NCBI GenBank assembly: GCA_040221055.1
Contig: JAVJVN010000012.1
Location: 48,890 to 112,889, forward strand
Source of the DNA: Rhodothermales bacterium
GTDB lineage: Bacteria; Bacteroidota; Rhodothermia; Rhodothermales; UBA10348
DNA length: 64,000 nucleotides
Reading direction: 5' to 3'
The notes under the pieces are model-generated. The model did no database searches, was not told the DNA's origin, and saw nothing but the letters and a program-made list of their open reading frames with translations. Position 1 is the stretch's first letter. Each line of letters starts with the position of its first letter. A program made the position numbers and the translations under genes. Shown piece after piece: positions 1-10,844 of the stretch.

Positions 1-645
1 GGTGGACGCGATCTGGAGGAGGGTGGCTCGTGGCTGGCGGTGGGGACCAACCGGCGCATGGCGGCCGTGACGAATGTCCGGGAGCCCGGTCGAACGGTCC
101 GGGACCCGATTTCACGCGGGCATCTGGTGACGGCGTTCCTGACTTCGATGGATTCAGCCCGGCATTTTGCGAGGGCGACCCGCGATCAGGGTGACCGGTA
201 CAATGGATTCAACCTCCTTCTGTATGACGGCAAGGAGTTGGTGTTCGTGTCGAACAGATCAACGGAGAATGTGCGCGTGCTTCCGCCCGGTCTGTATGGG
301 TTGAGCAATGCCGATCTGGACACGCCCTGGCCCAAGGTGGAATCGGGCAAGGAGGATCTGGAGCGGGTCCTGTCGGGGAATCCCGGATGGTCCCTGACAG
401 ATTTGATGCCGATACTCATGGATACGACAAAGGCGCCCGATGCCGACCTGCCACGTACCGGCGTTCCCCTGGAATGGGAACGCATCCTTTCGGCACGATG
501 CATCCGTTCACCCGAGTACGCGACGCGGTCATCCTCCATTGTCCTGGTGACGACCGATGGCGGCGTCACGTTCCGCGAAAGAACGCATCAACCGAACCCT
601 CACGACGTCACGTTCGAACTCATACCATGCCAACAACGACCGTAA
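1..645 (+). CDS. NRDE family protein (TANGO2/DUF833-like), 5' end outside the window
   Basis: The frame-1 ORF is open from nt 1 (GGRDLEEGGSWLAVGTNRRMAAVTNVREPG...) and stops at 643-645. The WLAVGTNR..AAVTN segment and the later LPRTGVP...RSSSIVLV segment match my memory of the NRDE family. No search was run. Confidence 0.65.
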   Translation, partial: GGRDLEEGGSWLAVGTNRRMAAVTNVREPGRTVRDPISRGHLVTAFLTSMDSARHFARATRDQGDRYNGFNLLLYDGKELVFVSNRSTENVRVLPPGLYGLSNADLDTPWPKVESGKEDLERVLSGNPGWSLTDLMPILMDTTKAPDADLPRTGVPLEWERILSARCIRSPEYATRSSSIVLVTTDGGVTFRERTHQPNPHDVTFELIPCQQRP

Positions 646-1847
646 CTTTCAATAACGCACGTGGCCAGGAATTGGCTGCCAAGTTCGACACCCCGGCCGA
701 CGGCCGTGCGCGTGCATATGCCCTCTTTGCCCATTGCTTCACGTGTACCAAGGACCTGAAGGCAGTGGGTCACCTGACACGTGCCATGACCCGGGCAGGC
801 TACGCGGTCCTGCGGTTTGATTTCACCGGGCTCGGTCAGAGCAGCGGAGCGTTCGAGGATACCGATTTCGGGACGAACCTGGAGGATCTTGAGGCGGCTG
901 CCGCATGGTTGGCGTCGAACCATGCGCCGCCGCGACTGCTCGTGGGGCACTCCCTGGGTGGGGCGGCGGTCCTGCACGTGGCAGAACGACTGCCGGATGT
1001 CAAGGCGGTGGCCACGATCGGCGCCCCCTTCGATCCGGCGCACGTCCGGTCCCTGTTCAGCAACAAGGAGGCCGATATCCGGAAGGACGGAGCCGCGACC
1101 GTGTCCATCGGTGGTCGGCCGTTCACCATCCGGAATTCGTTCCTGGAAGATCTTGAAGCCCGGGATCCGGGGGCAGTGGTTCGGGGATTGGATCGTGCGC
1201 TGCTGGTCATGCACGCTCCGACCGACGGGATTGTAGGCATAGACAATGCAGCCCGGATTTACAGCGCCGCGCGGCATCCGAAGAGCTTCGTATCCCTGGA
1301 CACCGCCGATCACCTGCTTTCCACGGAAGCCGATGCCGTCTACGCCGGGCAGGTGCTGTCGGCATGGTCCGCGAGGTACGTGGACAAGGAGGAGCCCGTC
1401 GAGGATGCCAAACACCATGGACACCACATCATGGCCTCGCTCGACCGGTCCCACTACCGGACCGAGATCGTGGCGAGCGGGCACGTGTTGGTTGCGGACG
1501 AACCGGAGTCCCTGGGCGGAACCAATGAAGGCCCCAGTCCCTACGATCTCGTGTCGGCCGGTCTGGCCGCGTGTACGGCCATCACCCTGCGAATGTATGC
1601 CGACCGGAAAGAATGGCCCATGGAGCAGGTCCAGGTGGAGGTCGTGCACGAAAAAATGCATGCCGAAGACTGCGACTGCGGCCGCGATGCCAGCATGGGA
1701 CGGATTGACGTGATGGACCGGAAAATCCACCTCCACGGAGACCTTTCGGACGAACAACGGCAGCGGTTGCTGGAAATTGCCAACAAGTGTCCGGTGCACC
1801 GATCGCTGGATGAAGGAAAGGTAGCCGTCCGGTCGCGGTTGGTCTGA
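627..1847 (+). CDS. alpha/beta hydrolase fused to an OsmC/Ohr-family domain
   Basis: I chose the ATG at 627 (MPTTTVTFNN...). The listed start at 387 would add 80 aa overlapping the previous gene. The N-half has the nucleophile elbow GHSLGG. The C-half (GGTNEGPSPYDLVSAGLAACTAITLRMYA...KCPVHRSL) looks OsmC-like. Confidence 0.8.
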   Translation: MPTTTVTFNNARGQELAAKFDTPADGRARAYALFAHCFTCTKDLKAVGHLTRAMTRAGYAVLRFDFTGLGQSSGAFEDTDFGTNLEDLEAAAAWLASNHAPPRLLVGHSLGGAAVLHVAERLPDVKAVATIGAPFDPAHVRSLFSNKEADIRKDGAATVSIGGRPFTIRNSFLEDLEARDPGAVVRGLDRALLVMHAPTDGIVGIDNAARIYSAARHPKSFVSLDTADHLLSTEADAVYAGQVLSAWSARYVDKEEPVEDAKHHGHHIMASLDRSHYRTEIVASGHVLVADEPESLGGTNEGPSPYDLVSAGLAACTAITLRMYADRKEWPMEQVQVEVVHEKMHAEDCDCGRDASMGRIDVMDRKIHLHGDLSDEQRQRLLEIANKCPVHRSLDEGKVAVRSRLV

Positions 1848-1848
1848 G

Positions 1849-2898
1849 TCAGGAGGAGGGCGTGGTCGTGGGTCGGACGCCCAGGCCGGGCCGGTCGGGC
1901 AAGCCTATCCGGCCGGCATCGAAGGACAGGCCCTCGTAGGGGTCCTGCGCCACGTGCATGGGGCCGTCCAGATCCAACCAGTCGAACAACGGTGCAATGT
2001 GGGCCGCGGCGGTGAGTGCGATGGAGCTCTCGATCATGCAGCCCAACATGAGGCGCAGGTCGAGTGCCCTTGCCAAGGCCACGAGGTCCAGTGCCGGTCG
2101 GATGCCCCCGCACTTGGCGAGTTTGATGTTGATGCCATCCACGGCTCCGGCCAACTCAATAACGGAATCCGCATCCTGTACCGATTCGTCCGCCACCAGC
2201 GGCGTGGACCGGTCCGGCATGATGCGGCGCAGCAGGTGCCAGTCGTCAATCGGTTGAGCGGCAATGGGTTGTTCCACGAACTCAAGGGCGCAGTCCGCCA
2301 GTTTCGGAATAATGCGCGCAGCATCGGGAAGGGACCAGCCCGCGTTCACATCCACACACAACCGCCCTCGATACTGTTCACGGGTGCGGCGGACAATGGC
2401 CTCATCGAAATCCACATTGCCCGATCCAATCTTCAATTTCAGGAACGGGAAGTGGCGTACGGCATCCAGTTGCCGGTCCAGATCGTCCAGGTCCTCCGGG
2501 ATGGGCAGGGCATAGGAACTGGGTTGCATGTGTTGCACATCCAGCCCGAAAAGGTGGTAAAGGGGCGCCTGGAGGGCGGTGCCCCATGCGTCATGGACGG
2601 CCATGTCCACGGCCGCCCGAGCCGGGGAAGGGCCGGCAGGAAGGTGGTCCAGGAAGGCCCGGGGCTCGTGCACCTTGAATGATGACCAGTCCAGGTGGTC
2701 CGCATAGTCGATGATATCTTCCATGCGGTGGGGATAGTAGGGGGGCAGGGCGGCTTCACCAAGGAAGGGTCCCATCCCGTCCACGGTCAGTTCGAACACG
2801 GCGTTCGTGCGCTCGGTGCTGGCTCCGTGGGAAATCCGGAACACGTGCTTCAATCCGAGGACGAGCGGGCGGACGCTGAGTTTCGGGGATTCGTTCAT
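1849..2898 (-). CDS. dipeptide epimerase (L-Ala-D/L-Glu epimerase-like, enolase superfamily)
   Basis: 349-aa ORF with the MLE-subgroup pattern: FLKLKIG, metal-ligand region CVDVNAGW...VEQP...LVADES, and a second catalytic Lys in NIKLAKCGG. Confidence 0.8.
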   Translation of the reverse strand: MNESPKLSVRPLVLGLKHVFRISHGASTERTNAVFELTVDGMGPFLGEAALPPYYPHRMEDIIDYADHLDWSSFKVHEPRAFLDHLPAGPSPARAAVDMAVHDAWGTALQAPLYHLFGLDVQHMQPSSYALPIPEDLDDLDRQLDAVRHFPFLKLKIGSGNVDFDEAIVRRTREQYRGRLCVDVNAGWSLPDAARIIPKLADCALEFVEQPIAAQPIDDWHLLRRIMPDRSTPLVADESVQDADSVIELAGAVDGINIKLAKCGGIRPALDLVALARALDLRLMLGCMIESSIALTAAAHIAPLFDWLDLDGPMHVAQDPYEGLSFDAGRIGLPDRPGLGVRPTTTPSS

Positions 2899-3866
2899 GA
2901 TGGGACGTCGATGGCCACATATCGGGGAAGCGCTGTCGCGGGGGCGTCACTGCCGGAAATGGGCATGAGCCGGTCCGCAAGGCCACGCGCCAGGGTCTCG
3001 GGATCGGTCATGGAGGAAGGAAGCATCCGGTTGGATCCGCCACGGGATATCGGCCAGCCTGCGCTGGTCCAGGCGAAGTTCCGGGACACGGCGGCCATGT
3101 GGAGCTGGTGCTCATCAATATCCACGGCGGGCGTTCCGGCGTGCCAGCCTGGTTCATTCACGGACATGTCCCGCGTGAAACGGATACCCTGCTCGGCCAG
3201 CAAGGCGGCAGCGGCCTTGAAAAGAAGGGGGTCGTGCGATGCCCAAGCGGGAATTCGTCCGGAGGCCCGGAGCTCCACCACGTCCGGATGGACCACGGGA
3301 CAGGCCGATGCGCCGGCGGAAAGAACGGCCCTGCACGGTCCGGACAAGGGAAGCGTGAACGCCAACCCGCGGATATCGGTCGGATCCGGTACGTTGCCGA
3401 GGTCGGCCCGGAAGACCACGCGGTCGGCATTCGGAAGGACCTGTTCCAGCCGTCCACTGATATCGAGCAGATTCCAGGTCACAAGGGGAGCCGTAATCCG
3501 CTCTATTCCGGCGTCGTGTGCCGCGTCATTCAAGGTGTGGACGAGAACGGACCATGACCCGGCAGGGTGACCGGAGAGCAACAGGGCGCTGTGCCGCAAC
3601 CGGAGCTCAACGGCAGGAGCGGCGTGTCCGCGTCGCGACGCCGTGGCATCGGCCGTCCGGTGGACGGCCGATGCCACGCGCCTCACTTTGTCATAGAGCC
3701 GGCTCCGCAGGGTAGGAAGCAGTCGACTCGTACAGTCGGCGACGGACACGTACGCCATTACCCGCTCCGGCCGTATGGAGAGGACGCCTCGTTCCAAGGC
3801 CTCCTCGGCTCGGGCACCGGCCTCGTCGATCAGCAATTCCAGAAGTCGTGTAGAAGGGTCGGACAC
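2895..3866 (-). CDS. hypothetical protein, translationally coupled (ATGA) to the epimerase; possibly a degenerate M14/MpaA-like protein
   Basis: 323-aa ORF whose stop overlaps the epimerase start by 4 nt. Its composition is protein-like, unlike the Arg/Ser-rich antisense ORF 2695..3570. By eye there is weak resemblance to M14 motifs (LLLSGHPAG vs GGxHGDE; HTLNDAAHDAG vs NPDGxxxG), but the zinc and catalytic residues are missing. Confidence 0.55.
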   Translation of the reverse strand: MSDPSTRLLELLIDEAGARAEEALERGVLSIRPERVMAYVSVADCTSRLLPTLRSRLYDKVRRVASAVHRTADATASRRGHAAPAVELRLRHSALLLSGHPAGSWSVLVHTLNDAAHDAGIERITAPLVTWNLLDISGRLEQVLPNADRVVFRADLGNVPDPTDIRGLAFTLPLSGPCRAVLSAGASACPVVHPDVVELRASGRIPAWASHDPLLFKAAAALLAEQGIRFTRDMSVNEPGWHAGTPAVDIDEHQLHMAAVSRNFAWTSAGWPISRGGSNRMLPSSMTDPETLARGLADRLMPISGSDAPATALPRYVAIDVPS

Positions 3867-3911
3867 GTTGGCTGTGCTTGGAATGGGGCGCAGGCCAACA
3901 TACCAAATCCG

Positions 3912-5474
<1,563 letters not shown>

Positions 5475-5570
5475 GGTGCGTCTTGTTCTGTGTGACAAAA
5501 GGTCAGGTAATGAACGGTTGGAACCGTTGCATTCGTATACCTGAACAGTCAAACAAAAACCACGCCGAAT

Positions 5571-7040
5571 TCAGGCCGACTTCAGGGCGTCCAGCAATCG
5601 TTTGTGGATCCCGCCGAAGCTGCCGTTCGACATGATGAGTGCGACGTCTCCGGGCTTCAGATAGCGGATGAGCATGGGAAGGATGGCATCGGCATCGGAT
5701 CCCTTGAACGCATCTATGCCCTCTGCCCGGATGGCGGCGAGGACCGCATCGATGTCCATGAAATTGGACGGATCATCGTTGTGCCGGAACGGTGGGGTAC
5801 TCAGGAATACCGCGTGGGCATCGGAGAACGCTTCCGTATATCCGGCTTCAAAAACTTTGCGGCGGCTTGAATTGGACCGGGGCTCGAATACGGCCACAAT
5901 CCGTCGGGCGGACCAGCGCTCGCGAGCGGCCTGGATGGTGGCCCGAACAGCCGTGGGATGGTGGGCGAAATCATCCACCACCACGATGTTCTGTTCCACA
6001 CCGACCACCTGCTGACGCCGCTGGATGCCACTGAAGGTCCTGAAGCCCACATCCGCCTGTTCGGGGGTCAAGCCTTCCTCCAGCACGACACACAGCACAG
6101 CGAGCGCGTTCATGAGATTGTGTCGACCACTCATGCCCAGGTTCATGCGGCCCAACGGACGTCCGTCCACGATCGGCACGAAGCTTTGCCCATTCTCATC
6201 GGTGCGGATATCCGTCGCCGTGACATCCACGGATGGCGAGACCAGTCCATAGGTCCGGATGCGGGACCGGGCATGGTTGGCCAAGCGTGCCACTTCCGGT
6301 TCGTCGCCGTTCAGGACGAGCACCCCGTCCGCAGGGACAATGGCGGCAAATTCCTGGAAGGCTTCGCGGTAGGCATCCATCGAGGCATAGATGTCCGCAT
6401 GATCGAACTCGACGGAGGTGACAATGGCCGATTCGGGGCGGTAGTGGAGGAATTTGGGTCGTTTGTCGAAATATGCCGAGTCGTACTCGTCACCTTCGAT
6501 CACGAAATGCGGCCCGGAACCGACGGCATAGGATATCCCGCCGTTGTTCATGACGCCACCCACCAGGAAGCCGGGATCCAGCCGGTTCTCACGCAGGACA
6601 TGCGCGAGCAGGCTGGTGGTTGTCGTTTTTCCGTGGGTACCCGCTATCACCAGGGATCGCCGATCCCGGATGAAGTAATGGGCAACCGCTTCCGGGAGGG
6701 ATAACTGTGGAAGGTGTCGTTCCCGCGCCGCCGCTGCTTCCACATGGGTGGGTGTACAGGCGTTACCCACGACCACCACGTCGGGAGGTGGGGTGAGGTG
6801 GTCCGGATCGAATCCCTCGTGTACCGGGATACCCATGGCCGCCAGCCGCGTGCTCATGGGTGGATAGACCGATGCATCCGCACCGGACACCGTCATGCCG
6901 GCCTCCTGGAACAGCCCGGCGAGGGCACCCATTCCGGTACCACAGATACCGATGAGATACGCAGATTCCGGATGGTCCGGAGGCGGCGGACGATCGAAAA
7001 TCCGGAGGTGGGCGTCGGGGTAGTCTTCGAGGCGTTTCAT
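5571..7040 (-). CDS. mpl: UDP-N-acetylmuramate:L-alanyl-gamma-D-glutamyl-meso-diaminopimelate ligase
   Basis: Mur-ligase architecture: N-terminal GICGTGMGALAG Rossmann-like motif, the ATP P-loop AGTHGKTTTTS, and a length of 489 aa. The Mpl-type N-terminus is distinct from MurC. Confidence 0.8.
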   Translation of the reverse strand: MKRLEDYPDAHLRIFDRPPPPDHPESAYLIGICGTGMGALAGLFQEAGMTVSGADASVYPPMSTRLAAMGIPVHEGFDPDHLTPPPDVVVVGNACTPTHVEAAAARERHLPQLSLPEAVAHYFIRDRRSLVIAGTHGKTTTTSLLAHVLRENRLDPGFLVGGVMNNGGISYAVGSGPHFVIEGDEYDSAYFDKRPKFLHYRPESAIVTSVEFDHADIYASMDAYREAFQEFAAIVPADGVLVLNGDEPEVARLANHARSRIRTYGLVSPSVDVTATDIRTDENGQSFVPIVDGRPLGRMNLGMSGRHNLMNALAVLCVVLEEGLTPEQADVGFRTFSGIQRRQQVVGVEQNIVVVDDFAHHPTAVRATIQAARERWSARRIVAVFEPRSNSSRRKVFEAGYTEAFSDAHAVFLSTPPFRHNDDPSNFMDIDAVLAAIRAEGIDAFKGSDADAILPMLIRYLKPGDVALIMSNGSFGGIHKRLLDALKSA

Positions 7041-7050
7041 GCGAGGAGCA

Positions 7051-10000
7051 TCACTCGCTGCCGACAGGCTTCAGTGCAGTGGACAGGCGAGCGGCAACGG
7101 AGTCGAATACGGAATACATGACCGGAACAATGACCAACGTAAGGAAGGTAGCGAACGTCAACCCACTGATGATGGCGGTACCCATGGGACCCCAGAACTG
7201 CGTGTTTTCCGATCCGAACTGCAAGGCCGGATCGAGGTTCACCAACAATCCGACGAAGTCGATGTTGATGCCGAATGTGAGGGGAATGAGACCGAGAACC
7301 GTGGTCATGGCGGTCAACAATACCGGACGAAGACGGGTGGCCCCGGCCTCGACGATGGCCTGCTGTTTTGCCATGCCGCGCTTCCGGAGTTGCATGGCAT
7401 AGTCGACCAGAACAATGTTGTTGTTCACCACGATGCCGGCCAGTGAGATTACGCCAATGAACGTCATGAGACCGAACGGCGTACGCGTCAGGATGAGGCC
7501 GAGCATGACGCCGATGAGGCTGAAGCCCACGGCAACCATGATGATGAACGGAGCGGCCACCTGGTTGAACTGTGCAACCATGATCATGAAGACCAGGGAG
7601 ACGCCCACCAGAAGGACCACAGACAGGAATCCGAAGCTCTCCTGCTGCTCTTCGTTCTCACCGGTGTACGCCATGGAATATTCCGGTGGCATTTCGGCTT
7701 CGTATTCCGCCAGCAGGGTCTGCACCTGCTGCAGGATGGCCTGACCGTTGAATCCCGGAGCGGCTTCACCGGTGACCGTGGCCACCCGCTGGAGGTCCAG
7801 GCGCGTGATGGCTCCCAGTCCACCGCTCATCCGGATGTCCGCCACCGCAACAAGCGGGACCTGGACCCCTTCCTCGAAAACGGTCAGGGACTGCAGGTTC
7901 TCGATGGCACTGCGATCTTCTTCCCGGAGACGGACCACGATATCATAATCGTTCTCGCCGTCCCGGTATTTTCCGGCCTCGACCCCGTTGATGGCGGCGC
8001 GCACCTGCGATGCGATCATCCGGGTGTTCAACGAGAATCGGGCTGCCCGTTCGCGGTCGATTTCAACACGGACTTCGGGCCGACCCTCATTCAGGTTGTC
8101 CTTCACATCCACGAGGCCGGGAATGGATCCGGATTCACTCGCCTCCTGAAGCCGCTGCCGGACATCCCGGGTTATCCGGCCAATGACCTCGAAATCGGGT
8201 CCCGTGATTTCAATGTTCACGGGTGCACCGGTGGGCGGGCCGTCCTGATTCTTGTCGATGGTGATTTCCGTGCCCGGAATGCCCTGCAGTTCGTTGCGGA
8301 TACGGTCCAGCGTATCGAAACTGTCCTCCGGGCGATCCTTGTAGTCCACAAGATTCATGGTAATCCGGGATCGCTCGGGACTGGCGGCCCCACCTCCGAA
8401 TGCCGCGTCCGAACTCACGCCCACATTGACCAGCATGTTCTTGACGTTGTCTCCCGAAGGCTTATGGGAGGCCAGAAGCGATTCGACGCGGTTTCGCGCC
8501 TCTTCGGCCACCCGGTTCGATGCCTCCAGGTTCATTCCAAGCGGACCTTCAACGGTTACCTGGATCTGGGACGGGGACGTGTTCGGGAAGAACTCCACGC
8601 CGGTGGGAGCCAGGACGAACATGAAGACGATGATGACCAGTGTGCCGATTGAACCATTCAACAGTCGGGCCCGGTTGTCCGTCAGGATGAACCGCTCACG
8701 CTGCACGAACAAGTGTCCCAACAAGCCACCGATCACGACGAGGACCGGGAACATGACCAGTTCCACGATGGTGGCCAGGGCCACTTCCTTTTCCGAGAGA
8801 CTCATGAGTCCAAGGACGGAAAGAGAGACGATTGCAAAGCCGAGACCGAACCGGACACTACCCATCCGACCCAGGATTACGCTCTCGGCCGTATGTACGA
8901 GCACGCCCAACAAGCCTGCGATCAACAGCAACCCTCCCGGCATCAGGAAAACGGATGCCGCCGTGGTACCGAGCGGGCCCGACGCGATGCCGCCAAGGAG
9001 CAACAGCACGAATCCGAGGGTGAAGCTTCCAAGCGAAAACGAGTTGCGCAGGAGGGCCCGGGGTGCGGAATAGTCGCGTACCAGCATCCACGTCAGGAAA
9101 TTGCGGTATATATCCACCAAGGCCGGAAGCCGGGTCTTGACGAAGTTGTCCCCGATCTTCTTGAAGATCCGTACATGCAGGACGTAGACCAGCGGCGCAC
9201 CGACGCCAAGCACGAGCAACGTCTTCCAATTGGTGGCGGCCAACAGAATGGCCAGGAAGACGACAATGCCGAGTGTCAGGCGCTTCGCCAGCGGGGGACG
9301 TTCAGGTGCCGCTTCGCCATCCAGTCGGATGAAGATGCCCGTGAAGACCGGATTGATGATGAGGGCCACGAACAGGGAGCAGACCAGCGCGATAATAAGC
9401 GTCAACGGCATATAGGACATGAACTCCCCGATGATGCCCGGCCAGAACAGCATGGGAACGAAGACGGCAACGGTGGTCGCAGTGGACGCCACCACGGCAC
9501 CGGCCACTTCCTTCGTGCCCAGCCGCGCCGCCTCGAATTTGGAGTGGCCCTCCTCGCGGAAGCGATAGATGTTCTCTACGATGACGATGGCATTGTCCAC
9601 CAGCATACCCAGGGCAATGATCATCGAGAACAGGATCACGAAATTCAATGTGTAGCCCAGCACCTGCAATACGGAGAACGTAAGCAGCATGGAAAGGGGG
9701 ATGGCAATGCCCACCAGAACAGCATTCCGGACGCCCAGGAAGAACAGGAGTACCACGACGACGAAGATCAGACCACTGATGATGTTGTTCTCCAGGTCGG
9801 TGATCAGGTCGCGGACGTCCTCGGACTGGTCACCGGTGACAATCACCTCGGTCCCGCTCGGGAACGTGAATCCGTCCAGGATTGTGCGCACGGCATCGAC
9901 CGTTTCCAGGATGTTCTCCCCGGACCGCTTCTTGACGTTCAGACTGATGACCGGCTGCATGGCTTGCCGCTCTTCGGAATACTGCGTGAGGGATCCGTCC

Positions 10001-10839
10001 TCGTTCTGGACCTGCCGGATGGACAGACGGGAATAGGAGGTCCGCTTCTGGAAGCCGAAGTCCACCGTGGCCACGTCCCGGACGAAAATGGGCTGGCCAC
10101 CCGGTGCCTTGATGACGATGTCTGAAATACCGGCGGGATCCTGGTAGACGCCGTCCACCCGGACCAGGTAGTTCACGTCGTCAACATCAATGGAGCCACC
10201 CGGGAGATTGATGTTCTCGTTCGAAATGGCCGTAACCAGGTCGTTGAACGTCAGATTGTAACCCTGAAGACGATTCAGGTCCACATCAATCTTGACTTCG
10301 CGCTCAAGGGCGCCAAGGACATCCACTTCAAGCACGCTCGGAATGGACTCCAGGTCGTCTTCGAGCTGTTCCGCGACTTCCTTCAACCGGGTCAGGGAAT
10401 AGGGAGCGGCCAGGTTGACCGTCATGATCGGAAATTGCGAGAAGTCGATTTCCGATACGACAGGCTCTTCAACATCGCTCGGCAGTTCGCTCCGCGCCAC
10501 GTCCACCTTGTCCCGGACCTTCGAGTATGCATCGTCAATCGATACGTCCGGTTCGAATTCGATGACGATCGTGGAAACCCCTTCGGTGGAGGTCGATCGG
10601 ATATCCTTGATCCCCGTCACGTTCTGCACTTCCTTTTCGATGTGCTGGGTGATAAGGGATTCCACGTCATCCGGCGACGCTCCCGGGTAGACGGTCGTGA
10701 CGACGATCTGGGGGATTTCGATGGAAGGAGACGACTCCTTGGGAATGGAAACGTAGCTGAACAGACCGCCAATGGTCAGCACAGCGGTCAGCACGAGGAT
10801 GGACGTGCGATACGTGATGGCGGTGTCGGTAAGGCGCAT
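7051..10839 (-). CDS. RND (AcrB/AcrD/AcrF-family) efflux transporter, unusually long (1262 aa)
   Basis: It has conserved TM4/TM10-type motifs (GMLVDNAIVIVENI and GIVVNNNIVLVDY) and two large periplasmic loops. About 200 extra hydrophobic residues sit between the two halves (see finding). Confidence 0.9.
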   Translation of the reverse strand: MRLTDTAITYRTSILVLTAVLTIGGLFSYVSIPKESSPSIEIPQIVVTTVYPGASPDDVESLITQHIEKEVQNVTGIKDIRSTSTEGVSTIVIEFEPDVSIDDAYSKVRDKVDVARSELPSDVEEPVVSEIDFSQFPIMTVNLAAPYSLTRLKEVAEQLEDDLESIPSVLEVDVLGALEREVKIDVDLNRLQGYNLTFNDLVTAISNENINLPGGSIDVDDVNYLVRVDGVYQDPAGISDIVIKAPGGQPIFVRDVATVDFGFQKRTSYSRLSIRQVQNEDGSLTQYSEERQAMQPVISLNVKKRSGENILETVDAVRTILDGFTFPSGTEVIVTGDQSEDVRDLITDLENNIISGLIFVVVVLLFFLGVRNAVLVGIAIPLSMLLTFSVLQVLGYTLNFVILFSMIIALGMLVDNAIVIVENIYRFREEGHSKFEAARLGTKEVAGAVVASTATTVAVFVPMLFWPGIIGEFMSYMPLTLIIALVCSLFVALIINPVFTGIFIRLDGEAAPERPPLAKRLTLGIVVFLAILLAATNWKTLLVLGVGAPLVYVLHVRIFKKIGDNFVKTRLPALVDIYRNFLTWMLVRDYSAPRALLRNSFSLGSFTLGFVLLLLGGIASGPLGTTAASVFLMPGGLLLIAGLLGVLVHTAESVILGRMGSVRFGLGFAIVSLSVLGLMSLSEKEVALATIVELVMFPVLVVIGGLLGHLFVQRERFILTDNRARLLNGSIGTLVIIVFMFVLAPTGVEFFPNTSPSQIQVTVEGPLGMNLEASNRVAEEARNRVESLLASHKPSGDNVKNMLVNVGVSSDAAFGGGAASPERSRITMNLVDYKDRPEDSFDTLDRIRNELQGIPGTEITIDKNQDGPPTGAPVNIEITGPDFEVIGRITRDVRQRLQEASESGSIPGLVDVKDNLNEGRPEVRVEIDRERAARFSLNTRMIASQVRAAINGVEAGKYRDGENDYDIVVRLREEDRSAIENLQSLTVFEEGVQVPLVAVADIRMSGGLGAITRLDLQRVATVTGEAAPGFNGQAILQQVQTLLAEYEAEMPPEYSMAYTGENEEQQESFGFLSVVLLVGVSLVFMIMVAQFNQVAAPFIIMVAVGFSLIGVMLGLILTRTPFGLMTFIGVISLAGIVVNNNIVLVDYAMQLRKRGMAKQQAIVEAGATRLRPVLLTAMTTVLGLIPLTFGINIDFVGLLVNLDPALQFGSENTQFWGPMGTAIISGLTFATFLTLVIVPVMYSVFDSVAARLSTALKPVGSE

Positions 10840-10844
10840 TCCGG

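Noticed and set aside
8713-10125. 470-aa plus-strand ORF (plus 8357..9073 and others) inside the RND gene
   Set aside because: It is antisense to a motif-rich RND transporter. Its composition (runs of D/E/H/Q/R) is not protein-like.
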